Positions 50,001-57,417 of a stretch of DNA of 57,519 bases are shown here, in pieces. Below the pieces are notes generated by a model. The model was not told the origin of the DNA, made no database searches, and saw only the letters and a program-made list of their open reading frames with translations. Position numbers and translations under genes: made by a program. The stretch's first letter is position 1. Each line of letters begins with the position of its first letter. Origin of the DNA: an uncultured Spirochaetota bacterium (GTDB lineage: Bacteria; Spirochaetota; Spirochaetia; SZUA-6; Fen-1364); assembly GCA_963845535.1 (NCBI GenBank), contig CAWJSK010000009.1:1-57519 (forward strand), in the 5' to 3' direction.

Positions 50001-50326
50001 GCGTGGAGAAATTGCTGACCGTCTCAAGGAAAAACGGGGAGGAAAACGATGCGGAAGGGGAGGGGGCAGGGCTCGTGGCGCCGGAGAGACCGCCCGTGTT
50101 TCTGTGGAGCCGCGAGCACGCGCCCTTGGGCGGCGCTTCCGTCCCAGCAGGCGCTTCTGCACAGGCCGGGGCCTCTGCCTCAGCAAGCACTTCTGCCCAG
50201 GCCGGAGCCTCTGCCTCAGCAAGCACTTCTGCACAGGCCGGGGCCTCTGCCTCAGCAGGCGCTTCCATCTCAGCAGGCGGTTCCATCTCAGCAGGCGCGA
50301 CTGTCGATGTAGCCTTCCGCCCGTAG
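47099..50326 (+). CDS. dnaE2: DNA polymerase III alpha, error-prone DnaE2-like
   Basis: Degenerate PHP domain (HFRSNYS), GRGSAAS, PPDIDVDF, THCGGVVI, KIDLLG, GYSFCKAHSASYA, INNGGGFY, OB fold; low-complexity tail. Confidence 0.88.
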   Translation: MSAEYIHFRSNYSLLRGCRSPEEICRFAKERSLSTVGMTDINNFYGLILFLLAADREGIKPVAGVVVEKKGRELFTAYVMDRRGYGNICRLLTDNLTDAEGTFDPVGALVERGWEGLSVLSPHSDVIDRLALRESDGLYVQLTYGCPFASLVRFARDRGLPAAAIHETVFLDEADESLYPLLRAMDLNTTLERVPEAEKLGGRHRFVEPGAVERLFSAVPEALANTERIAREADVSGIINPQRVFPAFDGLSEEETFRVLSRLCDEGVLRRYGGIRPDIRERLDYELAVIREKGFASYFLVVRDIVQQCPRTCGRGSAASSIVSYLLGITHVDPLRHTLFFERFLNRGRKDPPDIDVDFPWDEREKTLRYVFQKYEGRAAMVANHVTFGPRSALREPAKALGLPEEELRSFVRAFRQGRLDDIPPSVREAAARIRGFPRNLGTHCGGVVITPGPITDYTHVQTSALGYPLIAWEKDATEDAGLVKIDLLGNRSLAVLRDALEMVERNHGRRYEWETFDPLADADTRDLISEGKTIGVFYVESPATRQLLTKMRRGDYENLVIASSIIRPAANQYIRTFVKRLHGAPYRPLHPLIEGTLAETFGVMVYQEDVSRVAIDLAGFPIEEADRLRKILSKKDRDLTLRDLREKFFHGARSRGVADQTIAKVWDMILSFDGYSFCKAHSASYAQVSYRVAYLKRFYPLEFIAAVINNGGGFYGRQTYLDECRRLGFAILPPDVNASGWEYTALPAGLRVGLMQLKDARPELVEAIVQERRRGGPYAGFRDFLLRVPCRFEDVRVLIRSGALDSISEGCSRPQMFFRWQNIDKEEGLGFPPAPPPFIGDYPERVKLKDEVSTLGIVISCHPLKLFRPRIQGIIESLGLSPLVRSIDIPSHRGEKVWAAGILVTGKEVATKKQEPMIFVSFEDELAIFETVLFPGSFAKFHQQLDDGWAFLVYGRVEDDLGALSISVEKLLTVSRKNGEENDAEGEGAGLVAPERPPVFLWSREHAPLGGASVPAGASAQAGASASASTSAQAGASASASTSAQAGASASAGASISAGGSISAGATVDVAFRP
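50132..50298. repeat. 18/36-bp VNTR at the dnaE2 3' end
   Basis: About nine 18-bp units (e.g. GGGGCCTCTGCCTCAGCA / AGCACTTCTGCACAGGCC), encoding ASAQAGASASAST repeats. Confidence 0.85.
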
Positions 50327-51379
50327 CAGCTCGGCGCTCAGGATCCCTCCGCCCGCCGCTCCGCGAATCGTGTTGTGGGAAAGGCACACGAAGCGGTAAT
50401 CCAGGATCCTGTCTTCCCGCAGGCGGCCAACGGAGATGCCCATGCCGCCTCCCGCGTCGCGGTCCAGCCGGGTCTGCGGCCTGTTGTCGTCCTCGAAATA
50501 CTGGATGAACGGCTTCGGCGCTGTGGGGAGGCCGAGCTTCTGCGGCCGGCCCTCGAATTTCGCCCACTGGTCGAGCATCTGCTTCATGGACGGCTTGCGC
50601 TTGAAAGAGACGAAAACCGCGGCCAGATGGCCGTCGGTCACCGGGACTCGAATGCACTGGCTGGTGATGATCGGTTCCTTGACGCTCACGATGTTTCCGC
50701 CCTGGACATCACCCCATATCTTCATGGGCTCGATCTCGCTCTTTTCTTCTTCTCCGCGAATGAAAGGCATCACGTTGTCTTCCATCTCAGGCCAGTCCTT
50801 GAACGTCTTGCCCGCGCCTGATATGGCCTGGTACGTGCAAACGAACACTTTTTCGATGCCGAACTCGCGCAAAGGATGGAGAGCGGGGACGTAACTCTGG
50901 ATGGAGCAATTCGGCTTGACGACGATGAAACCGTGCTTCGTACCCAGGCGTTTCTTTTGCTTTTCGATTGCCGCGAAATGCTCTGGATTGAGCTCGGGGA
51001 TGACCATGGGTACATCCGGGGTCAGGCGGTTTGCGGAATTGTTCGATACGACGGGGACCTCCGCCCGCGCGTAGCTTTCCTCCAGCGCCCGGGTCTCTTC
51101 CTTGGGCATGTCGACCGCGCAGAACACCAGGTCCAGCCCCTTGCTGACCTCGTCCACGAGCGCCGCGTTTTTCACAACCAGCCCCGCCGCCTGCCCGGGC
51201 ATGGGCGTTGTCATCCGCCATCGATCTCCCACGGCCTCGCGGTAGCACTTGCCCGCGGAGCGTTCACTTGCCGCGAGCGTCACCACGTCGAACCACGGGT
51301 GCCGGGCCAGAAGCGATATGAAGCGCTGGCCAACCATGCCCGTTGCGCCGATGATACCGACCCTCAGCCTCTCAGGCAT
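50288..51379 (-). CDS. asd: aspartate-semialdehyde dehydrogenase
   Basis: GIIGATGMVGQRF, AASERSAGK, KPNCS, YQAISGAG, RVPVTDGH, SHNTIRGAAGG. Confidence 0.96.
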   Translation of the reverse strand: MPERLRVGIIGATGMVGQRFISLLARHPWFDVVTLAASERSAGKCYREAVGDRWRMTTPMPGQAAGLVVKNAALVDEVSKGLDLVFCAVDMPKEETRALEESYARAEVPVVSNNSANRLTPDVPMVIPELNPEHFAAIEKQKKRLGTKHGFIVVKPNCSIQSYVPALHPLREFGIEKVFVCTYQAISGAGKTFKDWPEMEDNVMPFIRGEEEKSEIEPMKIWGDVQGGNIVSVKEPIITSQCIRVPVTDGHLAAVFVSFKRKPSMKQMLDQWAKFEGRPQKLGLPTAPKPFIQYFEDDNRPQTRLDRDAGGGMGISVGRLREDRILDYRFVCLSHNTIRGAAGGGILSAELLRAEGYIDSRAC

Positions 51380-51435
51380 ATCGAGAAGTCCTCCTCCGGA
51401 AAGGGAATACAATACGAAGATGGTGATCGATGATC

Positions 51436-51499
51436 AAGGGCCCCGTCGGTAAAGGGCCCCGTCGGTAACGTCGAAAACAGCGCTCAGAAAACAGCGCTC
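51436..51499. repeat. two adjacent exact tandem duplications
   Basis: AAGGGCCCCGTCGGTA x2 (51436-67); GAAAACAGCGCTC x2 (51473-85, 51487-99). Confidence 0.9.
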
Positions 51500-51502
51500 T
51501 CG

Positions 51503-51531
51503 TTGACAAGCCATCCGGGCAAGACTATTCT
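51503..51531 (+). promoter_or_regulatory. sigma70 promoter of tRNA-Val
   Basis: TTGACA, 17 nt, TATTCT, followed by a GC-rich discriminator. Confidence 0.7.
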
Positions 51532-51586
51532 GGCCTCGCCCGGGCGGCGCTGCAATGGCGCCGCCGTGAGGCGCCCCCTTTCCCGT

Positions 51587-51660
51587 GGGCGGCTAGCTCA
51601 GCTGGTTAGAGCGTCTGGTTTACACCCAGAAGGTCGGGGGTCCGAATCCCTCGCCGCCCA
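51587..51660 (+). tRNA. tRNA-Val(TAC)
   Basis: Acceptor GGGCGGC/GCCGCCC+A, D arm GCTC-AGCTGGTTA-GAGC, anticodon arm TCTGG-TTTACAC-CCAGA, T arm with loop TCCGAAT; CCA not encoded. Confidence 0.93.
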
Positions 51661-51729
51661 CTACTTTAATAGCTTATTAGACAGCAAAATAGAGTGTTAT
51701 TGCAACTAATCCTGTTCCGTAGTACATTC

Positions 51730-51749
51730 CTATGTAGCGGCTATGTAGC
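51730..51749 (+). repeat. candidate integrase arm-type sites (left)
   Basis: CTATGTAGC x2 with 11-bp period, between the tRNA and the integrase RBS. Confidence 0.65.
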
Positions 51750-51762
51750 AGGAGACGTCAAA

Positions 51763-52941
51763 ATGCCTAGGAAAACGCATCTTACAGCCTATTTGCGAAC
51801 CACGAAAAGCGGGCGATTCTGGTACGCATCTTGGTACGAAAACGGCAAGCGGATCGTCCGGCCGACTGAGATCGAGCGCAATGCAAAACAGAAAGACCGG
51901 GGCAGGGCCGAGGCTATCGAGGCGGGGCGCGTCTTGAAGAAAGCACGCTCGGAAAGCCGGGCCGGGGAAGGGACTCCGTTTGTGAGCTACGCGGCTCCAT
52001 TCTTCATCTGGGAGAAATGTCCGCACGTCAGGCGGCTTGTTGATGAAGGCAAGGAGATCACGCGGCGGTGGGCCGACCAGCAACGCGGATGGCTGGAAAA
52101 GTACGTCATAGGCGATTCAGAGGCAGCCCCGGACGCATTTGCGCTCAAGGCTATCGGGGAGATCACCCGGGCCGACCTCGTGGACTTTCGCTCTCGGCTC
52201 CTAAAGAAGCTGGGCGACAAACGCAACACGGCCAACAAAGTCATGGGCGTGGTCAAGGTTGTTTTCAAAGAAGCGCTGTTTCGCGAAGAGATTGGCCGTG
52301 ATCCGACATTCAAGGTCGGCACGATGAAAGAGTACAGGCGTGTCCCTGGTACATTTACAGCGGAGGAGTTGAGGGCTCTTTTCCCAGGGGAAGGGCTCGG
52401 ACCTTGGCAGGACAAACACGACTACACGTGTTTCCTTCTTGCGGCTGAAACCGGCATGAGGCGCGGGGAGATACTCGTCCTGCGGTGGGGCTCGATTGAC
52501 TTCGAGAAAGCGCGGGTCTACGTCAACGAAGCGTGGAAGGGCGGGGAGGAGATCGGCACGCCGAAGTGGGGGCGGAAGAGGGAGTTTTCCCTTCCGGCAT
52601 TCTGTGCGGTGAAGCTGGCGGAGCTGCGGGAGGGAGGGACGGGCCCGGATGACTTTGTATTTGCGGACGTGAGCGGGGCTCGCTTCGGGGAAACCTGGTG
52701 GCTCAAGCGTTTCAACGCTGCGATGAAGAGCGCCAAGATCGACGTGAAGACTCGCGGGATCACTCCCCACAGTTTCCGACATACCTTGAATAGTCTGCTA
52801 CTCGCGGCAGGGGCGGACCCGTTGAAGGTGAGGCTCGCTCTCGGCTGGGCGTCGGCAAGGATTCAAGAGAACTACTTGCACCTGGCCGTGGAGCAGTTGA
52901 AGGACGTTAGCGCGAAAGTGGACACGATTTTCCAGCGGTGA
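51763..52941 (+). CDS. phage-type tyrosine integrase
   Basis: N-terminal arm-binding-like RFWYASWYENGKR; ETGMRRGE, TPKWG, TPHSFRHT, LGW...IQENYLH. Confidence 0.93.
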   Translation: MPRKTHLTAYLRTTKSGRFWYASWYENGKRIVRPTEIERNAKQKDRGRAEAIEAGRVLKKARSESRAGEGTPFVSYAAPFFIWEKCPHVRRLVDEGKEITRRWADQQRGWLEKYVIGDSEAAPDAFALKAIGEITRADLVDFRSRLLKKLGDKRNTANKVMGVVKVVFKEALFREEIGRDPTFKVGTMKEYRRVPGTFTAEELRALFPGEGLGPWQDKHDYTCFLLAAETGMRRGEILVLRWGSIDFEKARVYVNEAWKGGEEIGTPKWGRKREFSLPAFCAVKLAELREGGTGPDDFVFADVSGARFGETWWLKRFNAAMKSAKIDVKTRGITPHSFRHTLNSLLLAAGADPLKVRLALGWASARIQENYLHLAVEQLKDVSAKVDTIFQR

Positions 52942-53032
52942 AGTCTGACCGGGGATAGGGTAGCGCCCGAACGCCGGCCCCCGACCGGCTCTCCCCGGCT
53001 TTGTTCTCGGGACACCTCGCGGGAGGTGATCT

Positions 53033-53458
53033 GTGATCGGTCGAGATTGGTACGATTCTCTTTCGAGTGATGAAAAACAGAGAGTGTTGCGGCTCGTCTG
53101 GCCGTTTGACTCTGATCCCCCTTCACTCTCGGAGCTCGAACGAATGGATGGCAAGAGACCTAGCGAGTTTTGGGCTGAGGCGCGGGCCCGGTATCGCATG
53201 ACTCGCGAGAAAGAGCTTGCCGCCGCTACCAAAATAGGGCTACGTGTGAGCCAAGGCGGGAAAAACGGGCACCTCATGACGCACGGGTCAGAGCCAGCGA
53301 AGAAGGCGCGCTGGCAAGGCTATCAGGACACTCTCGACCAAGAGCATCGAAAGCACCCGGGCATGGGCTTCGCCGCTCTGCTTTCCTCGGCTGCGGATAA
53401 GCACGGGGTCAATCCAAGAACTATCAGACGGCATACCGAAAATCCGACGAAACAGTAG
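53033..53458 (+). CDS. hypothetical protein with C-terminal HTH
   Basis: GGGAGG RBS; AADKHGVNPRTIRRH. Confidence 0.6.
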   Translation: MIGRDWYDSLSSDEKQRVLRLVWPFDSDPPSLSELERMDGKRPSEFWAEARARYRMTREKELAAATKIGLRVSQGGKNGHLMTHGSEPAKKARWQGYQDTLDQEHRKHPGMGFAALLSSAADKHGVNPRTIRRHTENPTKQ

Positions 53459-53504
53459 GCCGTCGGGTATCCGCTGTTCGGCGCATTTCCAAACCCGCTT
53501 ATTT

Positions 53505-53542
53505 GTGACAATTTGACAGTCCTCCCACTGTCACGCTGTCTC
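53505..53542. promoter_or_regulatory. operator-like inverted repeat upstream of xis
   Basis: TGACAGT-cctccc-ACTGTCA (53514-33) with an extra GACA/TGTC half-site 8 bp outside each arm; includes TTGACA. Confidence 0.55.
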
Positions 53543-53558
53543 GCTTTACAAATAGTGT

Positions 53559-53810
53559 ATGAGCATATCAAGCCCTGTCAAAGACTCTCACAATTCGGGG
53601 AGCGCTATCGAAATTGAGAAGTGTTTCCTCGGAGGCGCAAAGGGCGCAGCTAGGTTTCTCGGTGTCTCCGAGGGATTCATCTTCAAGTACATTCATGAAA
53701 TCCCGCACTACAAAGTCGGGGGCCAGAAGAGTGGCAAACTCTTGTTCAAGCCAAGCGAGCTTATTGCTTGGGTCGAGCACCGGCGCGAACCGGCGAAGGC
53801 AAGCGCATAG
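53559..53810 (+). CDS. excisionase/AlpA-like HTH protein
   Basis: AARFLGVSEGFIFKY..EIPHYKVG....LLFKPSELIAWV. Confidence 0.82.
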   Translation: MSISSPVKDSHNSGSAIEIEKCFLGGAKGAARFLGVSEGFIFKYIHEIPHYKVGGQKSGKLLFKPSELIAWVEHRREPAKASA

Positions 53811-53832
53811 TCGGGCGCAGGCAAGTAACACT

Positions 53833-53997
53833 GTGGGCCTGCTCGCAAAGGCTTCATCTTGGCGGCGTCTTATTCTGGGCCTGCATCCTGATGGCGGCGT
53901 GCTGCCTGCAATCACGGACAAGGCAACAATCAGAAAACGTGAGCTGCGAAAAAAGCTGCTCGCGGAGCAAGCGCGACGGCTGGGGGTGATTGCGTGA
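53833..53997 (+). CDS. small basic hypothetical protein (54 aa)
   Basis: Fills the xis-rep gap; its stop overlaps the rep start (GTGA). Confidence 0.35.
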   Translation: MGLLAKASSWRRLILGLHPDGGVLPAITDKATIRKRELRKKLLAEQARRLGVIA

Positions 53998-54926
53998 GTC
54001 TCGACCTTCAGCTCTCCGATGTAATGCTCCGCGTCGATATCAATCAAGACACGCTGCCGCCAATCACAATAGGGCTTTATCGTGCCTTTCTGGCAAAAGG
54101 CAAGATCGGTAAGGACGCGCTTGCTGTATATCAGCATCTACTTTTCACGTATCGGCTACAGCATACAAACATAGTGAGGGCAGAAAATGTGTACCTAATG
54201 AAAGGGCTTTCCATGAGCGAGCACAGAGTCAAGAAGGCAAAGACTCTACTGCGCTCGATGGAGTTGATAGGTACGGTTTGGCGGCATACGGCAAAGGGAA
54301 GGTTTGTTAATCCCTATCTCAAGTTGAACCTACTTCCTAACCCGGGCATAAATCTCCAATCCACCAAAGGGGCTAAATCGGCCCCTTTGGAAAATCTCCA
54401 ATCCATCGAAGGGGCTCCGATTGCACGGGCGGCTACTGCGGACAAATGCTTGAAGAAGAAATCTAAATGCTTAGAGCAGGGTACTGCTCTTGTGCGCTCG
54501 AAGACTCACGCACGCGCAAAGAATCCGGAGTACATGGCTTTCCTTCATAACTTCCGGGGTTTGTACAAAGAGAAAACAGGCGCGGCTCTGCCCTGGAACT
54601 ATGGCAAGGACGGCGCGCTGCTCAAAGCCGACTTGAAAGAGCACGGCGCGGACCGACTAACACGCGCGGCTCGGCTTTTCTTCTCTGGCGATTGCCCGCA
54701 GGCAGTCAGAAGGTTTTCCGAGGGCAAGGGCGCAGGGTACAGTTACGGGGTTTTCCGGTCACAACTCCGGCGGGGACTGTTCGAAGTGCTGGACGCTGAG
54801 GACCGGCGGCTGCGGCTCCTGAAAACGTGCAAAGCCTGCGGAAAGCAATCCGACACCACGGGGATTGATTGTCCGAAATGCGGCGAACCTGACGCGTACC
54901 AGGTGAGGGAGGCGCGACGTGCGTAA
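53994..54926 (+). CDS. putative replication initiator (wHTH, linker with repeats, C-terminal zinc ribbon)
   Basis: wHTH-like YLMKGLSMSEHRVKKAKTLLRSMELI; CKAC...CPKC; overlaps the DnaB gene start, as in phage O/DnaB modules. Confidence 0.7.
   Translation: MSLDLQLSDVMLRVDINQDTLPPITIGLYRAFLAKGKIGKDALAVYQHLLFTYRLQHTNIVRAENVYLMKGLSMSEHRVKKAKTLLRSMELIGTVWRHTAKGRFVNPYLKLNLLPNPGINLQSTKGAKSAPLENLQSIEGAPIARAATADKCLKKKSKCLEQGTALVRSKTHARAKNPEYMAFLHNFRGLYKEKTGAALPWNYGKDGALLKADLKEHGADRLTRAARLFFSGDCPQAVRRFSEGKGAGYSYGVFRSQLRRGLFEVLDAEDRRLRLLKTCKACGKQSDTTGIDCPKCGEPDAYQVREARRA
54350..54416. repeat. iteron-like repeats inside rep (candidate origin)
   Basis: 25-bp direct repeats 54350-74 and 54392-416 (23/25); 10-bp perfect inverted repeat CCAAAGGGGC/GCCCCTTTGG (54364-90). 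Confidence 0.7.
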
Positions 54927-56169
54927 CGAACACGAGGACCGGCTACTCGGGGCGCTCTTGATTGACTCGGCTTTCCTGGACGCGGGCAGGGTATCCGTAG
55001 ACTTGTTTCAGAATACCGATGCACAGGAAGTCTTTCGAACAATGACGGCGCTGCGCGAGGTCGGGCGGCCCGTGAACCTGGAAACCGTTTCCGTGGAGGT
55101 CGGCTCCCGGGTTCGGCAAAGCTACCTGGCCGAGCTTTCCTCCATGCCGACTGCAGCCAACGCGCAATTTTACCTTGACCACCTAATTGAGACGGCGCAG
55201 AAGCGGGAAATCAACCGGCTTGCGCTCTGGCTCGCGGATGTTTCTCGAAACGGGAAAACATCGGGGGAGATTCTTGACTCCCTGGAGACGCAGCTTGCAG
55301 GGATCCGGCGCAAGATCGTTGACACCGGGGACGTGGACGTGCACGCCACCATGCACGAGCTGATAGACATCGTGGAGCAGAGAATCAAGGACAAAGCGGA
55401 CGGCCCGTCCGGCGTGCCGACAGGCTTTCACGAGCTGGACATACTACTCGGAGGCCTCCAGCCTGGGGCGGTCTACATCCTGGCGGCTCGAACGAGTGTA
55501 GGAAAAACGGCGCTTGCGCTGTCCATAGCGGACTACCAGGTGCGCGCTGGGATCCCGGTCGGTTTTGCAACATTGGAAATGTCGGCGCTTCAGCTCGTGG
55601 AGCGGCTTGTCTCGATACGCTCCAGCGTTCCGGTCGGGCGGATGAAGTACGGGGCGCTCCGTGACGGGGACATGGGGGCGATCCTGAAAGCGGCGGGGAG
55701 CTACACCGCAGGCCTGCGCATTCTGGACAAGCCGGGGCTCACTCTCCGAGGCCTGAAAGCATGGGGGCACGGAGCGGTCGGCAAGGGAGACCGGGCGCTG
55801 TACGTCGATTACCTGGGGCTCCTGGACGTGTCCAACGATGACCGCCCACGCTGGGAAGCAATGGGGCAAGTCTCGCGCACGATAAAGAACCTTGCGCGGG
55901 AGCTGCGCGTCCCGGTAGTGGCGCTTGTCCAGTTGAACCGGCTTGCGGCATCGGAAGGCGAGCCCGAGCTTCATCACTTGCGGGACTCTGGGGCCTTCGA
56001 GCAAGACGCGGACGTTGTGCTGTTGCTTCATCGCACGGAGCCGAAAGAAACGGACGGCTCGCGAATGCACGCGCATCTGCGCGTCGCAAAGAACCGGAGC
56101 GGGCCTACCGGGCGCGTCACGCTGCTATTCGACCGGCCTACTACTCACTTTGCGGACTGGCAGGAATGA
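54919..56169 (+). CDS. dnaB: replicative DnaB-like helicase (element-encoded)
   Basis: GVPTGFHELD, ILAARTSVGKT, LEMS, VDYL, LVQLNR, LRDSGAFEQDAD, VAKNRSGPTG. Confidence 0.93.
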   Translation: MRNEHEDRLLGALLIDSAFLDAGRVSVDLFQNTDAQEVFRTMTALREVGRPVNLETVSVEVGSRVRQSYLAELSSMPTAANAQFYLDHLIETAQKREINRLALWLADVSRNGKTSGEILDSLETQLAGIRRKIVDTGDVDVHATMHELIDIVEQRIKDKADGPSGVPTGFHELDILLGGLQPGAVYILAARTSVGKTALALSIADYQVRAGIPVGFATLEMSALQLVERLVSIRSSVPVGRMKYGALRDGDMGAILKAAGSYTAGLRILDKPGLTLRGLKAWGHGAVGKGDRALYVDYLGLLDVSNDDRPRWEAMGQVSRTIKNLARELRVPVVALVQLNRLAASEGEPELHHLRDSGAFEQDADVVLLLHRTEPKETDGSRMHAHLRVAKNRSGPTGRVTLLFDRPTTHFADWQE

Positions 56170-56369
56170 GCGATCTAGGAGCGACACATAGAAATGCAGA
56201 AACCTATAATCTATATGTTCAAAATGGCGAGTGAGTGTCCTATATCGAGCGTCCCGAGTTTACTTCCTGTTACGAACGAGGGAGATGGTCTGCCGTGCTT
56301 AGAATCGTGTCCCGTGGGGAGCGCAAGTTGAAACGCAAAAACTGCCCGTATAGCAGTATAAACAGGCCG

Positions 56370-56726
56370 ATGAAAGCACAGAGGGACGGCCGAGGATTAT
56401 TTCTCCCCGAGAATACCATCGGGCTTGCTACGCGCTGGCAGCCCGGGGAGTGTGGGAATCCTAACGGGAGGCCCAGGGAGTACGGGATACGTACATACCA
56501 AGGATTCAACGGCTGGAAGTCAAAGCAATGGCAAAAGGGGCATAGTGGCAACCCAAAGGGCAGGAAGCCGGGCACAGGATGGCGGCAGAAGGCGGAAAGG
56601 ATCATGGACGGCTGGGGCGATTACTCCAGGGAAGCCCGGGACCAAGCGCAATTCGCGGTATTGTCTACATCGCGCTACGGGCCGATGCACACTAAGGCTC
56701 TCAGGCATCTTCTCGGGTACGGCTGA
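56370..56726 (+). CDS. DUF5681-like protein (TerS-associated GNP motif, two copies)
   Basis: RWQPGECGNPNGRP and QWQKGHSGNPKGRKPG; start inferred within ORF 56235-56726. Confidence 0.7.
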   Translation: MKAQRDGRGLFLPENTIGLATRWQPGECGNPNGRPREYGIRTYQGFNGWKSKQWQKGHSGNPKGRKPGTGWRQKAERIMDGWGDYSREARDQAQFAVLSTSRYGPMHTKALRHLLGYG

Positions 56727-56831
56727 AAAAGGAACGGCGGAGCTGTTAGGTGCGGGGGGTCCAGTACGGTCGTTTTCATGTTATGATGATTTACGAGAAA
56801 CAAGGAAGATTCAAACGGCGGGGGCAAGCAA

Positions 56832-57209
56832 ATGAAAAAGCTACTCGTGCTGGTGGTCGTTCTCATTCTGGTCGGCGCGGCGTCGTGGGCGCAAAGCACC
56901 AGTAAATGGCGGGATTGGTGGATAGCACAAACGCTTCACGACCAGTGGACGAGCTACCAGAAATTCGACAATCACGACCCCAACGCAAACATGTTAGACA
57001 TCGGAAGTTTTATGGGGGTTGTTGTCGGTGTCGTGATGATGGAGGAGTCGGCAGACTTGCACCTGTTTTCGATTCCTTCTAATGCACTCCCCGCACAAAT
57101 TTTTGCTGTCGTGGGAAAATATGTAAGCGCACACCCCGAAGAGTGGAACCTGCCGGCCGCCCAGTTGGTGGTCGAAGCGCTACGTGCGGTGTGGCCGTAT
57201 CGGAAGTAA
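56832..57209 (+). CDS. exported Rap1a/Tai-like immunity protein
   Basis: Signal peptide; FMGVVVGV, IPSNALPAQIFAVVGKYVSAHPEEWNLPAAQLVVEALRAVWP. Confidence 0.7.
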   Translation: MKKLLVLVVVLILVGAASWAQSTSKWRDWWIAQTLHDQWTSYQKFDNHDPNANMLDIGSFMGVVVGVVMMEESADLHLFSIPSNALPAQIFAVVGKYVSAHPEEWNLPAAQLVVEALRAVWPYRK

Positions 57210-57398
57210 GAGGGACAGCGCATGGACCTAAGAGACTTGCCGTTCGCCATAGCCTTTTTACCCAAGCGTCTTGGCCCTGCGCCATCCAGCCCAGAAATGC
57301 CCGCCAGACGCGCGTAGAGGGCCTACAGCCCGTTTTCCTCCTCGCTGCCGCATGATTTTTACGTCCGGCGTTCGACGATGCCCAGAAGCATAGGCTTT

Positions 57399-57417
57399 GT
57401 GTAGCACCGGTGTAGCG
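57399..57417 (+). repeat. candidate integrase arm-type sites (right)
   Basis: GTGTAGC x2 with 11-bp period (TGTAGC at 57400 and 57411), the same core and spacing as 51733/51744. Confidence 0.6.

Noticed and set aside
50132..50298. 36-bp periodic repeat as a CRISPR array
   Set aside because: No unique spacers and no cas genes; it is a tandem in-frame VNTR.
54919..56169. Host chromosomal dnaB
   Set aside because: It lies inside the integrase-Xis-Rep module and is divergent (DYLGL).
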